The translations under genes and the position numbers were made by a program. Below are positions 1-30,123 of a stretch of DNA of 64,000 bases, in pieces. The notes beneath the pieces were generated by a model. That model saw nothing but the letters and a program-made list of their open reading frames with translations, did not search any database and had not been told where the DNA came from. The stretch is from NCBI RefSeq assembly GCF_009914755.1, contig NC_060941.1; one strand, given 5' to 3'. The DNA comes from the human T2T-CHM13v2.0 reference genome, Homo sapiens. Within the stretch, counting starts at the first letter, position 1. Each line of letters opens with the position of its first letter.

Positions 1-750
1 AGAGTGAGACCCTGTCTCAGAAAAAAAAAAAAAAAAGAAGCAAGCAGTCTGGGCTGGGTGCTGTGGCTCGCGCCTGTAATCCCAGATACAAAATAATCAT
101 TTTGTAATATATCCTGCTTATTAGACAGAACATTTTGATCACTCATCTGTTCCCTAAGTTATAGATTTACGTCCACTTTAGAAATGGCTTGTGAGGCAAG
201 TTTAAGTGACCGATGACAGTTTTAAAGCAAGGTCCATGTCATGTTATGGCATAATTTGGTAGAATGTTCTAGTAGTGTATCAGTTTTCAGGTGGTAGGCT
301 TGAGGATGATACACACACACACACACGCAATGCAATTCTATTATTGCCCAAAGAAAATAGACCCATTAAGGAAGTCCAACTTCTGCTGCGTGGACCAGTG
401 CTGCCACATCACACATAGACCAAAGGCTTAGGTTTTTGTGGTTTTGGTTATTTATTTTATCTTTTTATTTTATTTTATCTTATTTTATTTTATTTTATTT
501 TATTATTTGAGATGGAGTCTCACTCTGTCACCCAGGCTGGGGTGCAATGGCGCAATCTCAGCTCACTGCAACCTCCAACTCCTGGGGCTCAAATGATCCT
601 CCAGCCTCAGCCTCCCGAATAGCTGGGACTACAGATGCGTACCACCATGCCTGGCTAATTTTTTTATTTTTTGTAGAGACAGGGTCTCAAGCATCCTCCC
701 GCCTTAGCCTCCCAAAGTGCTGGGATAACAGGCATGAGCTGCTGCACTCA

Positions 751-1960
<1,210 letters not shown>

Positions 1961-2005
1961 TAGTTAGGAAAGTTTTACAGTATTTTTGGTTTTATCATCT
2001 CTTGA

Positions 2006-2513
<508 letters not shown>

Positions 2514-2962
2514 TGAAGACATGTCTGCATATCTGAAATTCCAGCCCTAATTAATTGACTCATTGTTTGCAACCTGTCAAAATTTGCTGACTTGTTTTCT
2601 GAAAACCATGACTTCAGCTGCTGAATTATTAATATTCATTGACTTCACTCTGCAGTAACTGCTGAACTAGGCTGTAAGGCCTGTTTGTGTGAATAAGATA
2701 GGACGATACCATTTGTATGCAAAAGTTTTTCAAGTGTCTCCTTGATAATAGGAAACACTCTGGCTAAATAGCCTTCTGGTTATATGGTTAAGGAAATAAT
2801 TGACTAGAAGTGGCATGAAGAAGCAGACAACAAAAGTCACTTCCATCAGGGAACCAAGACCTTCATTAATCCAGAGGGAAAACTAGTGATTTTTCTAGTC
2901 CAGTGATGGGCAATTCGAAGCTCAAAGTCTAATTTCAGGGAGAAAGATGAAAAACCTGCATC

Positions 2963-3961
<999 letters not shown>

Positions 3962-4585
3962 TTATTTGTCCTGAGTTGGCCTTTATTTCAAAAAAGAAAG
4001 TTGCTCACTATAAATTCTACTCAAAAACATTTTTCATTTCATGAATATAGAAATGAAGGCCAAGAGAGGTGAAATGGTGCCTCTAAGTCACGTAACTAAC
4101 ATGTTCACAGGTCTCTTGATTCTCAGCAAAGAGCAGTCTCCTCTCTGCCAGTCTCCTGCGTATATTTGGGCTGCTGTGTCAACATGCAGCTGTTGAAACA
4201 GAAGTAAAAGACATATGTAAACAGTACAGTCAGATTATTTGAGCCAGACTGAGGGCTTATTAACCAAATTAAAGGCAAAGCTAGAATAATTGTGTTTGAA
4301 GTGGCCTTCTCCTAATTATGTTATGGGTTTCTTTCTTCTTTTACTTTCGTTAAGTCTCCCCAGGACACAGGGTAATAACTAACTACAACCAGGAACAGCT
4401 GGGTGTGTTTATGGGGTTTGGGGTTTTTTTTAGCAAGAAGCTAGTTTTCCAGCCAGCAAATTTTCAATACTTTCCTTTCTGCCACCTCCTCACTTTCTTC
4501 TTCTGCTCTTCTCATTCCATAATTATTGCCCTCAGAACAGTTCAACTCAGCTTCAACACTGGAATGGTCTCATTCTGCTCCATCA

Positions 4586-5096
<511 letters not shown>

Positions 5097-5717
5097 CTAC
5101 CCCGGCTGATTGACAATGCTGCCACTGATCCCTGCTTGATCCACCCTGGCCATTAACTCAAATGAGCCTTTTGAGAGATGTAATTTGGCTTAATTGATTT
5201 AACAAGCTGGGTGGCATAAGTCAGTTTCTCTTCACTTAGATCTTTAAACTGCCAAGGTCTTTCCTGCCAGTCCATTTGTTCCCTACACAGTGACTGCAAT
5301 GGAATGACAGGGGCGTCATCTCTCCTTACAGACTGTTGTGAAACCACTGTGGACACCCCTGCACCAAAGCCTCCAAAGGGCTCTTCGGTGCAGGAGCCTT
5401 AGGTGAGGCCCTGAGTCCTGATGGGTATTAGTGTCGATCGGGGAGAAGCTGACACAGCAGCCTTGGTCTTTGATCTGGCTCTTTGAGCCTTGTCAGCAGG
5501 CTCACTAGCTACAGCAGCCACCAACTGTTATCTCCAGAACTATGCCCTTTCTCATTTTTCACCTGTGCTCTGCACAGCTATAAGATACTCTGCACAGCTT
5601 CTAGGAACTTCCAAAGGGTAAATGATCCCAAATGTAAAGATTTCATCAACTGGTGAGTTAATTTATCCTCTAGTTAGGAGATAGCTGAACTCAACCCGCT
5701 CTGTTGTTGTTGGTTGA

Positions 5718-6113
<396 letters not shown>

Positions 6114-6589
6114 TAAAATGACTCTTGACTCCGGCCCTCTTGTAGAGACCTTGAGCTGAATATGTTACTAGGTACCCACAGATGTGCACGTGGTTAAATA
6201 CAGGATAAAGTGTGCAGCCAGATTGAGAGTCTTAGCCAAAGAGTGAGGGGGAAATGGGCAGGGCTGGCAGAGAGCCACCTATTGTTAGTTTGGTAAATAA
6301 ACTGCTCTCCCCAAAAAAGGCTCTGGGTGTACTTCATATTGTTGTTAAATCACCAGGGAGAGGAAAGAGTAAAACAAAACACATTCTCAGATGAACAAAG
6401 AACGTAGTTAAGACAAACTCTGCCTAACACTGGTGCTTAATGATTCTCAGCTTGGATTGCACTTCTTCAGAGAAGGTGGAAGAGATGACATACTTCTCTG
6501 TTCTCTCATTGCTGTAAAACTCATGTCCAATACTGTTGGTACACACTCCCATTTTAATTTCTGTTTGTTACTAATGAAAAAGATCCTAA

Positions 6590-7007
<418 letters not shown>

Positions 7008-8749
7008 TAAGAATTTATTAGCAAAGTGAACTTTAAATCATGTGTAAACTTTAATAATAGTTCATTCCACTGTGTGTTTCCTTGCTTCCTGGTTGTCAAA
7101 TATTAATTCATACCCAGGATATATTATTTTAAAAATACGATATAGCCCCTAAAGCTTGCTGCAAATATCTATCCACCTCCTATTTCTTACAGTTCCTTGA
7201 TTCAATGTCCTCTTAGTTTCTTGATCTGACTGTTCAGTTTCGTATTCTGAATTCTTGTGTTCCACGTTTAAAAACAAAAACAAAAACAAAAAAAAACAAC
7301 AAAAAATGTGTGAGTATTCTTCTGTAGAAATGAGGTCTACATTGCAGCCTGATTCTGTAATAGTAATTGAAGAGTCAGTGTTACTTTTCTGTAAATGTTT
7401 CTTTGGCATCTCTGATTTATTTGGCTTCTGAAATCTAATTTCTTCCTCCTTCTTTGAAAAAGTAGGTCCCTTCCACTTGGTTTGTTGTGGTGAGCCCTGA
7501 GCAATGCCTGGAGATTGATCTTCCAGCAGACAGTGGAATGATTCCAGGAAGGTTTTAGCACCCGGCCTGTCTTTGCAGCTCTGCAGTCCTCAAAGTCTCC
7601 AAACTCTGATGCAAGCGTTCACATTTTCCTGTGCACAGGGACAAAACTACGAAGACTTTTTGCTGCAAAACGAAAACCCATTGGCTGATCTACCTTGTAA
7701 CTGCTATCTACTTTATATACTCAAATAGCTGTGTTTAGGATCGAAATGATCAGGTCTGGAATATACTGCAGTAGATACTGCAATTCACAAGCAATTTTAC
7801 AGAAGAAGCACCCAACCCCGACTCTAAACTATGTTTGCCTTTCCTCAAGAGTCACTTCTAAACTTTTTTTCACAACACACACTTTTCATAGTTGTAACCT
7901 TTCCATTTGGTGTTTTGTTTTGGGGTTTTTTGTCACTTAAAATAATCTAATCTACACGTTCCCCAGAGCCAGCAGAGGCTACATTCCTGTCATTTAAAAT
8001 CATTTGCTGGTGTTTTCCTTATGTCACTATACCATAATTTGCTGGGCCATTTCCTTATTTGGTATTTGGATTATTTCCAATTCTTCACTCTTATAAATAG
8101 CGGCACATGAACATCTTTGCACAAGTTACATTTTTTCCCTTTTGGGTTATTTCCTTGGGGTGTATTCCCAAAACTGGTATTGCTGGGTCAAAGGTTTGAA
8201 AAGTTTCATAGCTCTTGTTACCCACTGCCAGAACGTTCTCCAGGCACATTGTGGCATGTTTGAGCATTTCAAATGTTTAAGTAGGTTTCCCACGACATAA
8301 AATAATATTAACCATCTTTTTTTTCTGATTTTTCCATAATCTTCATGAGGGAAGGAATTGCAAAATTTCAAAACAAAATAAAAATAAAGATGAAAAAGCG
8401 CTATTTCTGTAGCCAGAGATGAGCCCTTTTAGGCTAGCTTGATTGTAATGTCAACTGATGAGGATCTGAGACTGAGACAGTTTTCGGGAGAATTTAAACC
8501 CTACTAGTGGCAAGCAATTAGGAAAACTTGTTAAGAAGAGTAGATAGGGAGGTGAAAAATAATAAAAAAGGTTGCATTGTCTTTGCTCAGCTACCTTTAG
8601 GGTAATGTCCTCAGCAGAGAGAAAAATAAACTTTCTGTGCCTTTCAGATTCAGGTTATCCATTATGATTAGGTGACTTCTAAGGATTGTGAATGCTTGCA
8701 GACCTTGATCTCCTCGGCTTAAGAACTGAAAGGTTTTTTGGTTTTGTTT

Positions 8750-9863
<1,114 letters not shown>

Positions 9864-10701
9864 CTATATATGTGTACATATTCTTCGTTTTTGATCATTC
9901 GTTTCAGCAAAATTTACAGTCACCATGGCCTTCACTTCTAAATAATTTCATGTGTCTCCCAAAAGCAAGGACATTTTCTTACATAGCTACAACAACATGT
10001 GTTCTTTTATAAATGAACCTCAGTTTCAAAAAAAAAAAACAACACTCAGTTTAAGAAAAACAAAAAATTAAAAATAAACTGAGGCAAATTAATTATTTTC
10101 TGTTTCAATATCTTGCACTCTGGGTTCAAAGACCTCCTTGCTCGCTGAGGCTCACCTGCCCTGCCTGCCACTCGTCCATACCCCCAAGCTGTGGCCCATC
10201 CCTGCAGGGGAACATTCCGGAAGACCCTTGACTCCTTGGCTCTGCTGAGCCTCAGCTTCCTGCTGGGGCTTTGAATGTCTTAGTGCCAATCTACTCGTTT
10301 CCTTCCTTCTCTGACAGCCAACAAGTTGATCATTCAATTAACAGAACACTTAGATTACTGTCAACTTAAAGTTAACATCTTTATTACTGTAATAAGAAAT
10401 TTTTAACTCTAAAGGTTTCAAATTATTTGTTCATAAAATCCCTTATGATTACCACTTATGTAAGCAGGGTCCATCTTTTAATTTAATAATTTTTCAGCTG
10501 GAACAATTCGTTCATTTCACAAGTATTTATCAAGCATCTGCTATATTCCAGACATTTCTGGAATTAAAATAGCTAGTATAGGCCGAGCGCGGAGGCTCAC
10601 GCCTGTAATCTCAGCACTTTGGGAGGCCGAGGCAGATGGATCACCTGAGGTCAGGAGTTCAAGATCCGTCTGGCCAACATGGTGAAACCCTGTCTCTACT
10701 A

Positions 10702-11061
<360 letters not shown>

Positions 11062-11774
11062 TGAATGGTAAGTCCATCCATCCACACGCTATCTTCCTCC
11101 TTCCCATCCATCCTCCATCCATCAAATCCTCTTACTTTTACCCCTTAAATATCTCTAAAATCTGCCATTTCTTGCCATTTCTACTGCTGCCTACCCCAGA
11201 TAAAAGTCACCACCATCAATGGCAATGGCCTGCAATGGCCTTCTTTTTTTCTTTTTTTTTTTTTTGAGACGGAGTTTCACCTTGTTGCCCAGGCTGATCT
11301 TGGCTCACTGCAACCTCCGCCTCCCAGGTTCAAGTCATTCTCCTGCCTCAGCCTCCCAAGTAGCTAGGATTACAGGCCCATGTCACCACGCCCAGCTAAT
11401 TTTTATATGTTTAGTAGAGACGGGGTTTCACCATGTTGGCCAGGCTGGCCTAGAACTTCTGACCACAGGTGATCTACCTGCCTCGGCCTCCCAAAGTTCT
11501 GGGATTACAGGTGTGAACCACCGAGTCCAGCTGCAATGGGCTTCGTAAATGTTCCCTGCATTCACTCTCGCCCTTTTCATATCCATTCACCAGAAGACTG
11601 ATGGAGTGATCTTTTTAAACCCAAAATCTGATATCACACTCTTGCTTGAAACTTTTTAATGGATTATCACTGTTCTTAGGATATAAATCTTTATTATGAA
11701 AAACTTGGCCAGGCGCCGTGGCTCATGCCTGTAATTCCAGCACTTTGGAAGGCCGAAGAGATAGGATTGCTTGA

Positions 11775-12077
<303 letters not shown>

Positions 12078-12239
12078 TGAACTCCTGACCTTAAGTAATA
12101 CACCCGCCTCGGCCTCCCAAAGTACTGAGATTACAGGAGTGAGCCACCCTGTCTGGTCTCACTTCTTTTTGTATCTTTTTCCTTCATCTTTTATTTTCTA
12201 CCCATCTCTCCATTTTTAAATTAATACATACATAAATTT

Positions 12240-13720
<1,481 letters not shown>

Positions 13721-14990
13721 AAAAAAAAAAAATCTTTATATGGCCTCTGAAAGCTTACCTCAGCTGGACCTTGTCTACCGCACCTCACCTGGTCTCCTTC
13801 ACCTCATTCCACAAAGCACAGCCAATGTCATCTTGGTTCCTCCAATGCAACACACTCCAGCCCTCCTCCGAGCTTGGGCTTTTACACACCCCCCTTCTTA
13901 GAACACTCTTCTGCCTCTTCACATAATTCAGTCCTCCACATTGGTATCACTTTCTCAAGGAAGCCTCCCTGCCCACCCACCATGAGTCATGATCAAGTTC
14001 CTCTTCTGGGCCTGCCAAAGCACCCCTTTTACTTTGCTCTCTACCAAACGTCACTTTGTGATTATTTGGATCATGTCCGTCTTCCCCACTAGACTAGGCC
14101 CCATGAGTGCAGCTCCATGCCTGCTTTGCTCACTCTTGCACTTAAACCCTGTGCCTAGCCCTGGCCTAACACATGAGGAGGACTCCAGATATCTTGGTTG
14201 AATAATAAATGAGCAATATATTACTGTTTGCCCCTAACTTGGAAAACAAATGATAGGTTCAACAATTCTAGAGCTCCACAAATGACTCAGCAAAAACATG
14301 TTCGGAGGCACTCCCAACGTGAAATTAGAAGGTTGGAAACTCAGAGGACGGGACAGGCTTAGATAGAAACATTGGCCTCTTCCCAGGTAAGTTCTCCCCA
14401 GGAGGTGGGGAGCAAACTCTCTGAGCAGCCAGTTACAGGGAACTCATGACTAAGCTCTGTTGCTGTTTATCAAGATACACACTGACTCTCAGAAGTTCTA
14501 GCGTGAACCAAATCCTGCTTCAACCCCATGGGCTTTCAGTGTAGGACTTTTTCTTTTTGTTGGTGATCACACACCCTACTGGTGGCTTAACCAATTACAT
14601 TGCCTCAGCCCCTGTGACACTCCAGCTCCGCGTCCCCTTTATGATGCTTCAAATATCATAAAAGCAGAGAAAAATCATATGTCATATATCAGAAAATCAT
14701 ATATCAACTTTTTTTTATTTTGAGGTCTTTCACACACTGAACTTATTTTAATCATAATTGTCAATTATAAATAAACATAATTACTATGTTCCTTTTTTGA
14801 TGTCAAATTGTTGCAATTTGGACAGTGGCTTCCTTATCCTTCTACCATTGCTGGCCTAAAATCCTTGTGTTCTAGGCCCATTCCAAATTTTCCTTGTTCC
14901 AAGACACAGAATCAGCCACCCACTAAGAAGTCTCATTTCCTTTTGATGGGTGCACGAGAGTGGGAGGTTAGCAGAAGAAATGCTGTTAAT

Positions 14991-18084
<3,094 letters not shown>

Positions 18085-18371
18085 TAATGTTTCTTAATGA
18101 GAAACATTTCTTTCTGGGTGGTTAAACTTAATCAACCGTCCCATAAAAACAAGAAGACTCCTCTGCTGCCTAACTAAACAATCAAAAAACCAATTTTTTA
18201 ATTTAAAAAAAAGGTTTAAGATTCAAGCCTACTTTTAGGCTCATCCTCTAAGAGAAATGAGTAAGCAAAGGCTGAGCTATAATCACAACATCCAGAGCTG
18301 CACTCAGTCCTGAAGCACCAGAACACACACATGGGCTGCCTGAGCTCCTCAAGTGCCCCTGCTGCCGCCAC

Positions 18372-19220
<849 letters not shown>

Positions 19221-19631
19221 GCACCTCCCCATTCCCCCAACACGGCCACAGCAATGAAGGGCCCAGCAAGGCACCCCCAGAACCTTGTTCCAGCCCCAGC
19301 AGAGCATCCTTCACTCCTCTCTTTCCCTCGCTCCTCCCTCCAATCATCAAGTATGTCCAAAACCCACTCCTCCCCCAGATCCGAGTCTCCATCTCCTCTC
19401 ACCAGGATTACAGTGCCAGCCTCCAAACAGATGCCTCCTCCTCTACTCCCTCCTTTGCCTCCCCCTACAGTCTCTCAACACAGCAGCTGTGCTGATTACT
19501 TGAAAATGAGGGCCTGGTGCGGTGGCTCACGCCTGTAATCCCAGCACTTTGGGAGGCTGAGGCAGGTGGATCACCTGAGGTCGGGAGTTCGAGACCAGCC
19601 TGAGCAACATGGAGAAACCCCATCTCTACTA

Positions 19632-19790
<159 letters not shown>

Positions 19791-20109
19791 TCAAAAAAAA
19801 AAAAAAGAAAGAAAGAAAGAAAGAAAAGAACGTCAGACACTGGTCTTGTGCTTAAAACCTTTCATGGGGTGGGATCTCACTCACAGTAAGAGTTGTAACC
19901 TTACAGGGGCCCACAAGACCCCTTTCTCTCTAACTTCATCTCCTCCCACTGTTCCCTGCAGCCCCCACTCAGCCCCTCCAGCCCCTGCGGTCCCTGGTGA
20001 AGGCCAAGCACACTCCAGCCATAGGGCCTTGGCCCTGCCCACCCCTCCAGTGTTCTACCCCCAGATACCTGTTTGCCTGATGCCCTCATCTCTGGCAAGT
20101 CTCTGCTTA

Positions 20110-20258
20110 TTTCTCAGTTCCCTCCCCTCCCATCCACTCCCCTCCCCTCCCCTCCCCTCCTCTTCCCATCGTCTTTCCCTCCCCTCCCTCCCTCCTTTCC
20201 TTCCTTCCTTCCTTCCTTCTTTCTCTTTCTTCTTTCTCTCTTTCTTTCTCTTTCTTTC
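20110..20258. repeat. Polypyrimidine tract (CCCT/CCTT/CTTT)n
   Basis: Expanded tail of the minus-strand Alu at 20260-20540. Confidence 0.85.
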
Positions 20259-20270
20259 AAAGGAGTTTAG

Positions 20271-20420
<150 letters not shown>

Positions 20421-21627
20421 TAATAGAGACGGGGTTTCACCATGTTGGCCAGGCTGGTCTTGAACTCCTGACCTCAGATGATCCTCCCACCTTGGCCTCC
20501 CAAAAGTGCTGAGATTACAGGCATAAGCCACAGCACCTGGCTTTTTTTTTTTTTTTTGAGTTTCACCGTTTTTTGGGGGTCTCACTGTCGCTCAGGCCGG
20601 AGTGCAGTGGTGCAATCACAGTTCACAGCAGGCTAGGCTTAAGTGATCCTCCCATCTTAGCCTCCAGAGTACCTGGGACTGTAGGTGCACACCACCACAC
20701 CTGGCTAATTTTTTTTGTATTTTTTTTTTTAGAGATGAGGTTTTGCCATGTTGCCCAGGCTGGTCTCAAACTCCTGGGCTCAAGCGATCAGCCTCAGCCT
20801 CCCAAAGTGCTAGGATTACAGGCATGAGCCACTGACCCCAGCCTGTTTCTGTTTCTTAATGAGATCTTCCAGGACCACCCTATTTAAAATTTCAACCCAC
20901 CCTACTACCTTCCTCTCCACACTCCTACTTCCTGGATTCCCAATTCTCCTTCCCTTCCCTTCTACTTTTCCTTTTATGTCCCCCTTAGTGCTTATCACTT
21001 TTTAACACAATGTATAATGGCGGGGCAAAGTGGCTCACGCCTGTAATCCCAGCACTTTGGGAAGCCGAGGTGGGCAGATTACCTGAGGCCAGGAGTTCCA
21101 GACAGTGTGGCCAACATGGGGAAACCCCTGTGCTCTACTAAAAATATGGAAATTAGCTGGGTGGTGATGCACACCTGTAATCCCAGCTACTCAGGTGGCT
21201 GAGGCACAAGAATCACTTGAACCTGGGAGGCGGGGGTTGCAGTGAGCCAGGATCACACCACTGTAATCCAGCCTGGGTGATAGAGGGAGCCTCCGTCTCA
21301 AAAAAAAACCAACATAATGTATCACTTGTTATGTGTACTGTTTATTCTGAGTGCCTGCATCACTAGAACATAAGCTCTACTAGGAAGGGAATTGTTGTTT
21401 TGTTCACTAATGTATCCGCTGGCACATGGTAGGCACTCGATATATATTTGTTGAAATTGGTCAATGCTCATGCCACAGCAATTGGTAAATAATTTGAATA
21501 TATTGCCTGAAAATATCCTATAAAACTATCCTATAAAAGATAGTCAAAGGAAAAAGAAACAATGAAGCACATCATGGACAAATGATTGTGGTTAGCAACA
21601 ATCAACTCTTTACATTCAAAATGATTA

Positions 21628-22023
<396 letters not shown>

Positions 22024-22458
22024 TCATTAATTCTCAAATTCATTTCAAAATCATAGATTGCTGGCCAGGCGCAGTGGCTCATGCCTGTAATCCCAACACT
22101 TTGGGAGGCTGAGGTGGGTGGATCACTGAGGCCCAATGAGGGCAACATATGAGCAAAGCTGGGCTGCAAAGACTGGCTTCTGTTGGCATCAGCAGTCGCC
22201 TGGGCTATAAACATTGACAAGATTCTCAACACAAACAAAACAGAGATACTGGTAGACAAACAGCAAACAAACAATATTTGATTTGATTCGATTTGTTGGA
22301 TGAACTCCAGCAAAATAAGAGAACAATTCAAGAAAGAGGAATATATAGGATATAGGAAAGAGTGAAACTGACCGAAGACTGCCGATAAAGACATTGCAAC
22401 ATAACAGCTGCTTTACGTGATGATGAATGTTGAAGTCCTCAGTGAGCTGCAGGCCTTA

Positions 22459-22644
<186 letters not shown>

Positions 22645-24225
22645 TCAGGAGGCTGAGAATCGCTTGAACCCAGGAGGCAGAGGTTGTAGTGAACCGAGAT
22701 CGCACCACTGTACTCCAGGCTAGGTGACAGGGCAAGACTATGTCTCAGAAAAAAAAACAAAAAAAGAGAAATCTCCGGTTTGGCTAGAATGATGGAGTTA
22801 AATGCACAAAATATCAAGCATCAATTTAATTGGAGAAGAACTGAAACTCGTCAAAAATAGAGATGATAATTTCCAGAAGGCCATAGCTTGTCCCTTGATT
22901 TCCTGCTTGTGTTTTGGGAAACGCCATACTCCACATCCCATGGGCAAGTCATCAGAAGCCACAAGGGCACAGGACAACCAGAAGCCTCCTTTCAGGCTGG
23001 CTGAATGAGGGGCTCTTTAATCTTTTTCTTCTGGCGGAGGCCTTGGCAGCCACAGGCTCACAGCACCCTCTGCTGTTAAATTGCAAAGGATGGTGCCTGA
23101 GTTTTGAGACTGAGACTGCTAAAGGATTCTGGTCTGGGGCAGGAAGAAAATTACATGAGCCAGAGATATTCAAAATTGTTTTAATATCTCTAAATAAGTA
23201 AATAAAGAGCCAGGTGTGGTGGTGCCCAGTTACAGTCCTGGCTACTCGAGAGGCTGAGGTGAGAGGATCGCTTGAGCCCAGGAGTTTGAGGCCAGCCTGG
23301 GCAACATAGCAGACTCCGTCTCTATAAAAAATAAATGGGGCTCATGCCTGTAATCCCAGCACTTTGGGAGGCTGAGGTGGGAGGATTGCTTGAGGCCAGG
23401 AGTTCAAGACCAGCCCGGGCAACAGAGAGAGTCCTTATCTCCACAAAAAAAAAAAAACTTTTTAAATTAGCCGGACATAGTAATGTGAGCCTGTAGTTTC
23501 AGCTACTCCGAGGGCTGAGGCAGGAGGATAGATGGAGCCCAGGAGTTCAAGGATACAGTGAGCTACGTTGTGCCACTGCACTCCAGCCTGGGTGACAGAG
23601 CAAGACCTCATGTCAAAAAAATGTTTAATGTTCTTAATTGATTAATGTTTTAAAAAATTGTTTCATGCAAAACCTCAGGATGGATTAATTTTGCTGGTGA
23701 CAGGTAGCAATGATAAAGCAAAGAAAAATTATGCAGCTAAACTTTTTCACCAAGGCAGATTTTCAGCCTTTTCCAAGCCAAGTGGAAATCCCCAATTCAC
23801 CCCCACCAAGGTTCCAAAATCAGGAAAAACACACTTTCTAGCAGTGTTAGTGAAACTCATGTAACACTGTCTCCATCGAGATCGAGCCCTGAGTAACAAA
23901 AAGCAGGAGACAAACAGGCTTAGAATTATATGTAGGGGATTAGGGGCATAGCTTTCAGACCCCATAGGGAATAAACCTCTAGCTTTTCAGTTCCAGCATT
24001 TTAATATGCCTACCTGCCCTAACAGAGGTAAAATTAGAGGCTACATGGCAACATTACAATGGAAGGTTTTTACTTCTATTTATAACTTGCTTATTTGGTT
24101 ATTTTTCCTTACCAAAAGCACAAGACAGCCTCAATATCCTTAAATACCCCAAGTCCTAAAATTACTTATTTAACCCTGAGAGATCTAGTTTATAAGATAG
24201 AACAGCTATCAGCCATGTACCATTT

Positions 24226-25860
<1,635 letters not shown>

Positions 25861-25889
25861 AAGTACATTAGTAGACATACTACTGAGAG

Positions 25890-26440
<551 letters not shown>

Positions 26441-27248
26441 AATGCCAACCAATAATTAAATGATGCCAAACAATAATACAATAAAAATTACACGATGGTT
26501 TGAAGTCGGCTTTTCACTATTTAGACTTGCAACTGACAGACGTTTTTTGTTTTGTTTTGTTTTGTTTTGTTTCGTTTCCAGATGGAGCTTCGCTTTTGTT
26601 GCCCAAGAATAGGAGTGCAGTGGTGTGATCTTGGCTCGCTGCAACCTCCGCCTCCTGGGTTCAAGCGATTCTTCAGCCTCAGCCTCCCAAGTAGCTGAAA
26701 TTACAGACGCCCGCCACCACACCGGCTAAATTTTGTATTTTTAGTAGAGACGGGGTTTCGCCATGTTGGCCAGGCTAGTCTTGAACTCCTGACCTCAGGT
26801 GATCTGTCCACCTCAGCCTCCCAAAGTGCTGGGATTACAGGTGTGAGCCACTGCGCCTGGCCTTGACAGAGGTTTTTATTAATCATAACTTCTTGTTTGT
26901 CTTCATGAGGTCTCTTTCAGGCTGTTATGCCTTGGTCACCCTCTTCTGCTGAGGTCTAACAAAGGGCTTACTTTCTGCTAAGGGGAAGAAAAGTTGGCCT
27001 CATGGGGTCAGAAGAAATGGTTTAACAGTGGTGGAAGAGGCTCTTAGAGTGTAAAGTGACGCAAGCAAGTTTCATGTCAGTCTTATTCTTTGCTTCTTTG
27101 TAGCTGCCACATAAAAGGTGCCCAACATATGTATGGTTCATTGATGAATCCAGTAACCCCAAGACAATGGTCATCTTCTGTGGCTGGCAGACAATTCACA
27201 GCTCTGGAATTTCTATAAAGAAAAGGCTAGGATGGGCATGGTGACTCA

Positions 27249-27565
<317 letters not shown>

Positions 27566-28199
27566 TCAGCACTTTGGGTATGTTTGTTTGTTTGTTTGTT
27601 TGTTTGACATGGAGTCTCACTCTGTGACCCAGGCTGGAGTGCAGTGACATGATCTTGGCTCACTGCAACCTCCACCTCCCGGGTTCAAACGATTCTCCTG
27701 CCTCATCCTCCTGAGTAGCTGGGACTACAGGTGCGCACCACAATGCCCGGCTACTTTTTGTATTTTTAGTAGAAATGGGGTTTCACTATGTTGGCCAGGC
27801 TGGTCTTGAACTCCTGACCTCAAGCGATCCTGCTGCCTCGGCCTCCCAAAGTGCTGGGATTACAGGCATGAACCACTACACCCGGCCATAATCTCAGCAC
27901 TTTGGGAGACTGAAGCAGGAGGATTACTTGAACACAGTTCTAGACCAGCTTGGGCAACATAGTGAGACCCCTGTCTCTACAAAAATTTTAAAAATTAGGC
28001 GAATGCGGTGGCATATGCTTGTAGTCCCAACTACTCAGGCAGCTGAGGCGGAAGAATTGCTTGAGTCCAGGAGATCAAGGCTGCAGTGAGACACGATCAC
28101 ATCACTGTACCCTGTACTCCAGCCTGGGTGACACAGCGAGACCCTGTCTCAAAAAAAAAAAAAGAGGGGGGCTTATGCATGGCCATGTGGTTGGAAGGG

Positions 28200-28527
28200 A
28201 AACCAGCAGACTTCCATCAAGTAAAGAAAAATATCAAGCTTTTAAAGAATTAAAGTTAACTTTATTCAGAAGTCTTGCTGAAGACTATAGATTGAGGCCT
28301 CTAGCCTAGGAGCAGGCTCTGGCCCAGTGTTTCAGATCCCTGCTTATATATAGGGGTGGAGGTTCTGTATGTGCAAAATCCCATCAGACTTGCTCAGAAT
28401 TACATGAAAGCAGAATCACAGCAAGATTTGTGTGTCAGAGTACATCTGGTCCTAGATCACAGAGGCATCATCACTAACCCCGTCAGATGTCATCTTATGT
28501 ATAGGAAAAGCCAGGGATTAAGGCCAT

Positions 28528-28558
<31 letters not shown>

Positions 28559-28953
28559 GAGACAGGGTCTCACTCCATCACCCAGGCTGGCATGCAGTAG
28601 CACAATCATGGCTCACTGCAGTCTCAACCTCCCCAGGTTCAGGTAATCCTCCCACCTCAGCCTTCCAAATAGCTGAGACTACAGGTGCACACCACCACGC
28701 CCAGCCAATTGTTGTATTTTTTTGTAGAGATGAGGTTTTGCCATGTTGCCCAGGCTGGAGGTCATTCATCTTTTAAGGAATGCAGTGACTCCGGCAAGAG
28801 GACAAGAGACATGGGGGCTGTGTATTCTGTTTTGTTGTCTTCAAAGCATCTTTCTGGAGAGCTGCAGGTCTTCACAGAGTCAGAAGCTTTGGAAAATTAT
28901 GCTGGCAAGCAGAAATGGGCAAACATAGCTTATGTTTGCTACTTGGTCTCACA
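28200..28953 (-). mobile_element. MER67-like ERV1 solo LTR with Alu insertion (~28530-28760)
   Basis: Minus strand begins TGTGAGACCAAGTAGCAAACATAAGC (MER67-type start); TATA-like TATATAT at ~28345; AATAAA at 28261-28266. Confidence 0.7.
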
Positions 28954-29070
28954 CTTGTCTAAAAACTTGTGTTGCTGGCTGGGTGCAGTGGCTCATGCCT
29001 GTAAACCCAGCACTTTGGGAGGCCAAGGCAGGTGGATCATGAGGTCAGGAGACTGAGACCATCCTGGCTA

Positions 29071-29289
<219 letters not shown>

Positions 29290-29756
29290 CTATGTTTGCT
29301 TTATTTCAGATGGCCTGGATGCTGGAAATTATGAGAAAACTAAATCCTCCCCCAGCCTCCTTTGACAACACCACTACCCTCTCCTACCCTCTTCCTCCCA
29401 TTATTCTCTATTCGTTTACCTGCTCTCTTCCTCTCAGATTCAACAGAATTTATACTTTTACATGTATTGGATTGTTTCTTTCTTATCTTCCTTCTCCACA
29501 GCTGTAAATGCCATAACAGGGACCATGGCCAGATTACTCACCAGTGTGGCCCCAGTGCTGGGTACAATGCTTGGCACACACTACACTCTCAATAAACATC
29601 TGTCGTATAAACAAATGAATTCTGTGATTATGTATCATATGCACAAGTCAACAACAACACAAGTTATGTATTATGAAAGGGAGAACTTGCATTTTCACAG
29701 AAGAAAATGTTGATTCCTCCCTTCTTTTCTGAAACACTTGGCCTCTTAAATAATTA

Positions 29757-30123
<367 letters not shown>

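Noticed and set aside
1-450. Possible G6PC1 3'UTR sequence
   Set aside because: Adjacency is inferred only from recalled gene order; no G6PC1 exon or clear poly(A) feature can be shown here.
7149-7589. 146-codon stop-free minus-strand frame in Alu-free DNA, with a nearby GKCERLHQSL resembling an integrase motif
   Set aside because: No recognisable domain; the 3' third is low complexity; the motif is in another frame and too short. A tblastn or PhyloCSF check could reopen it.
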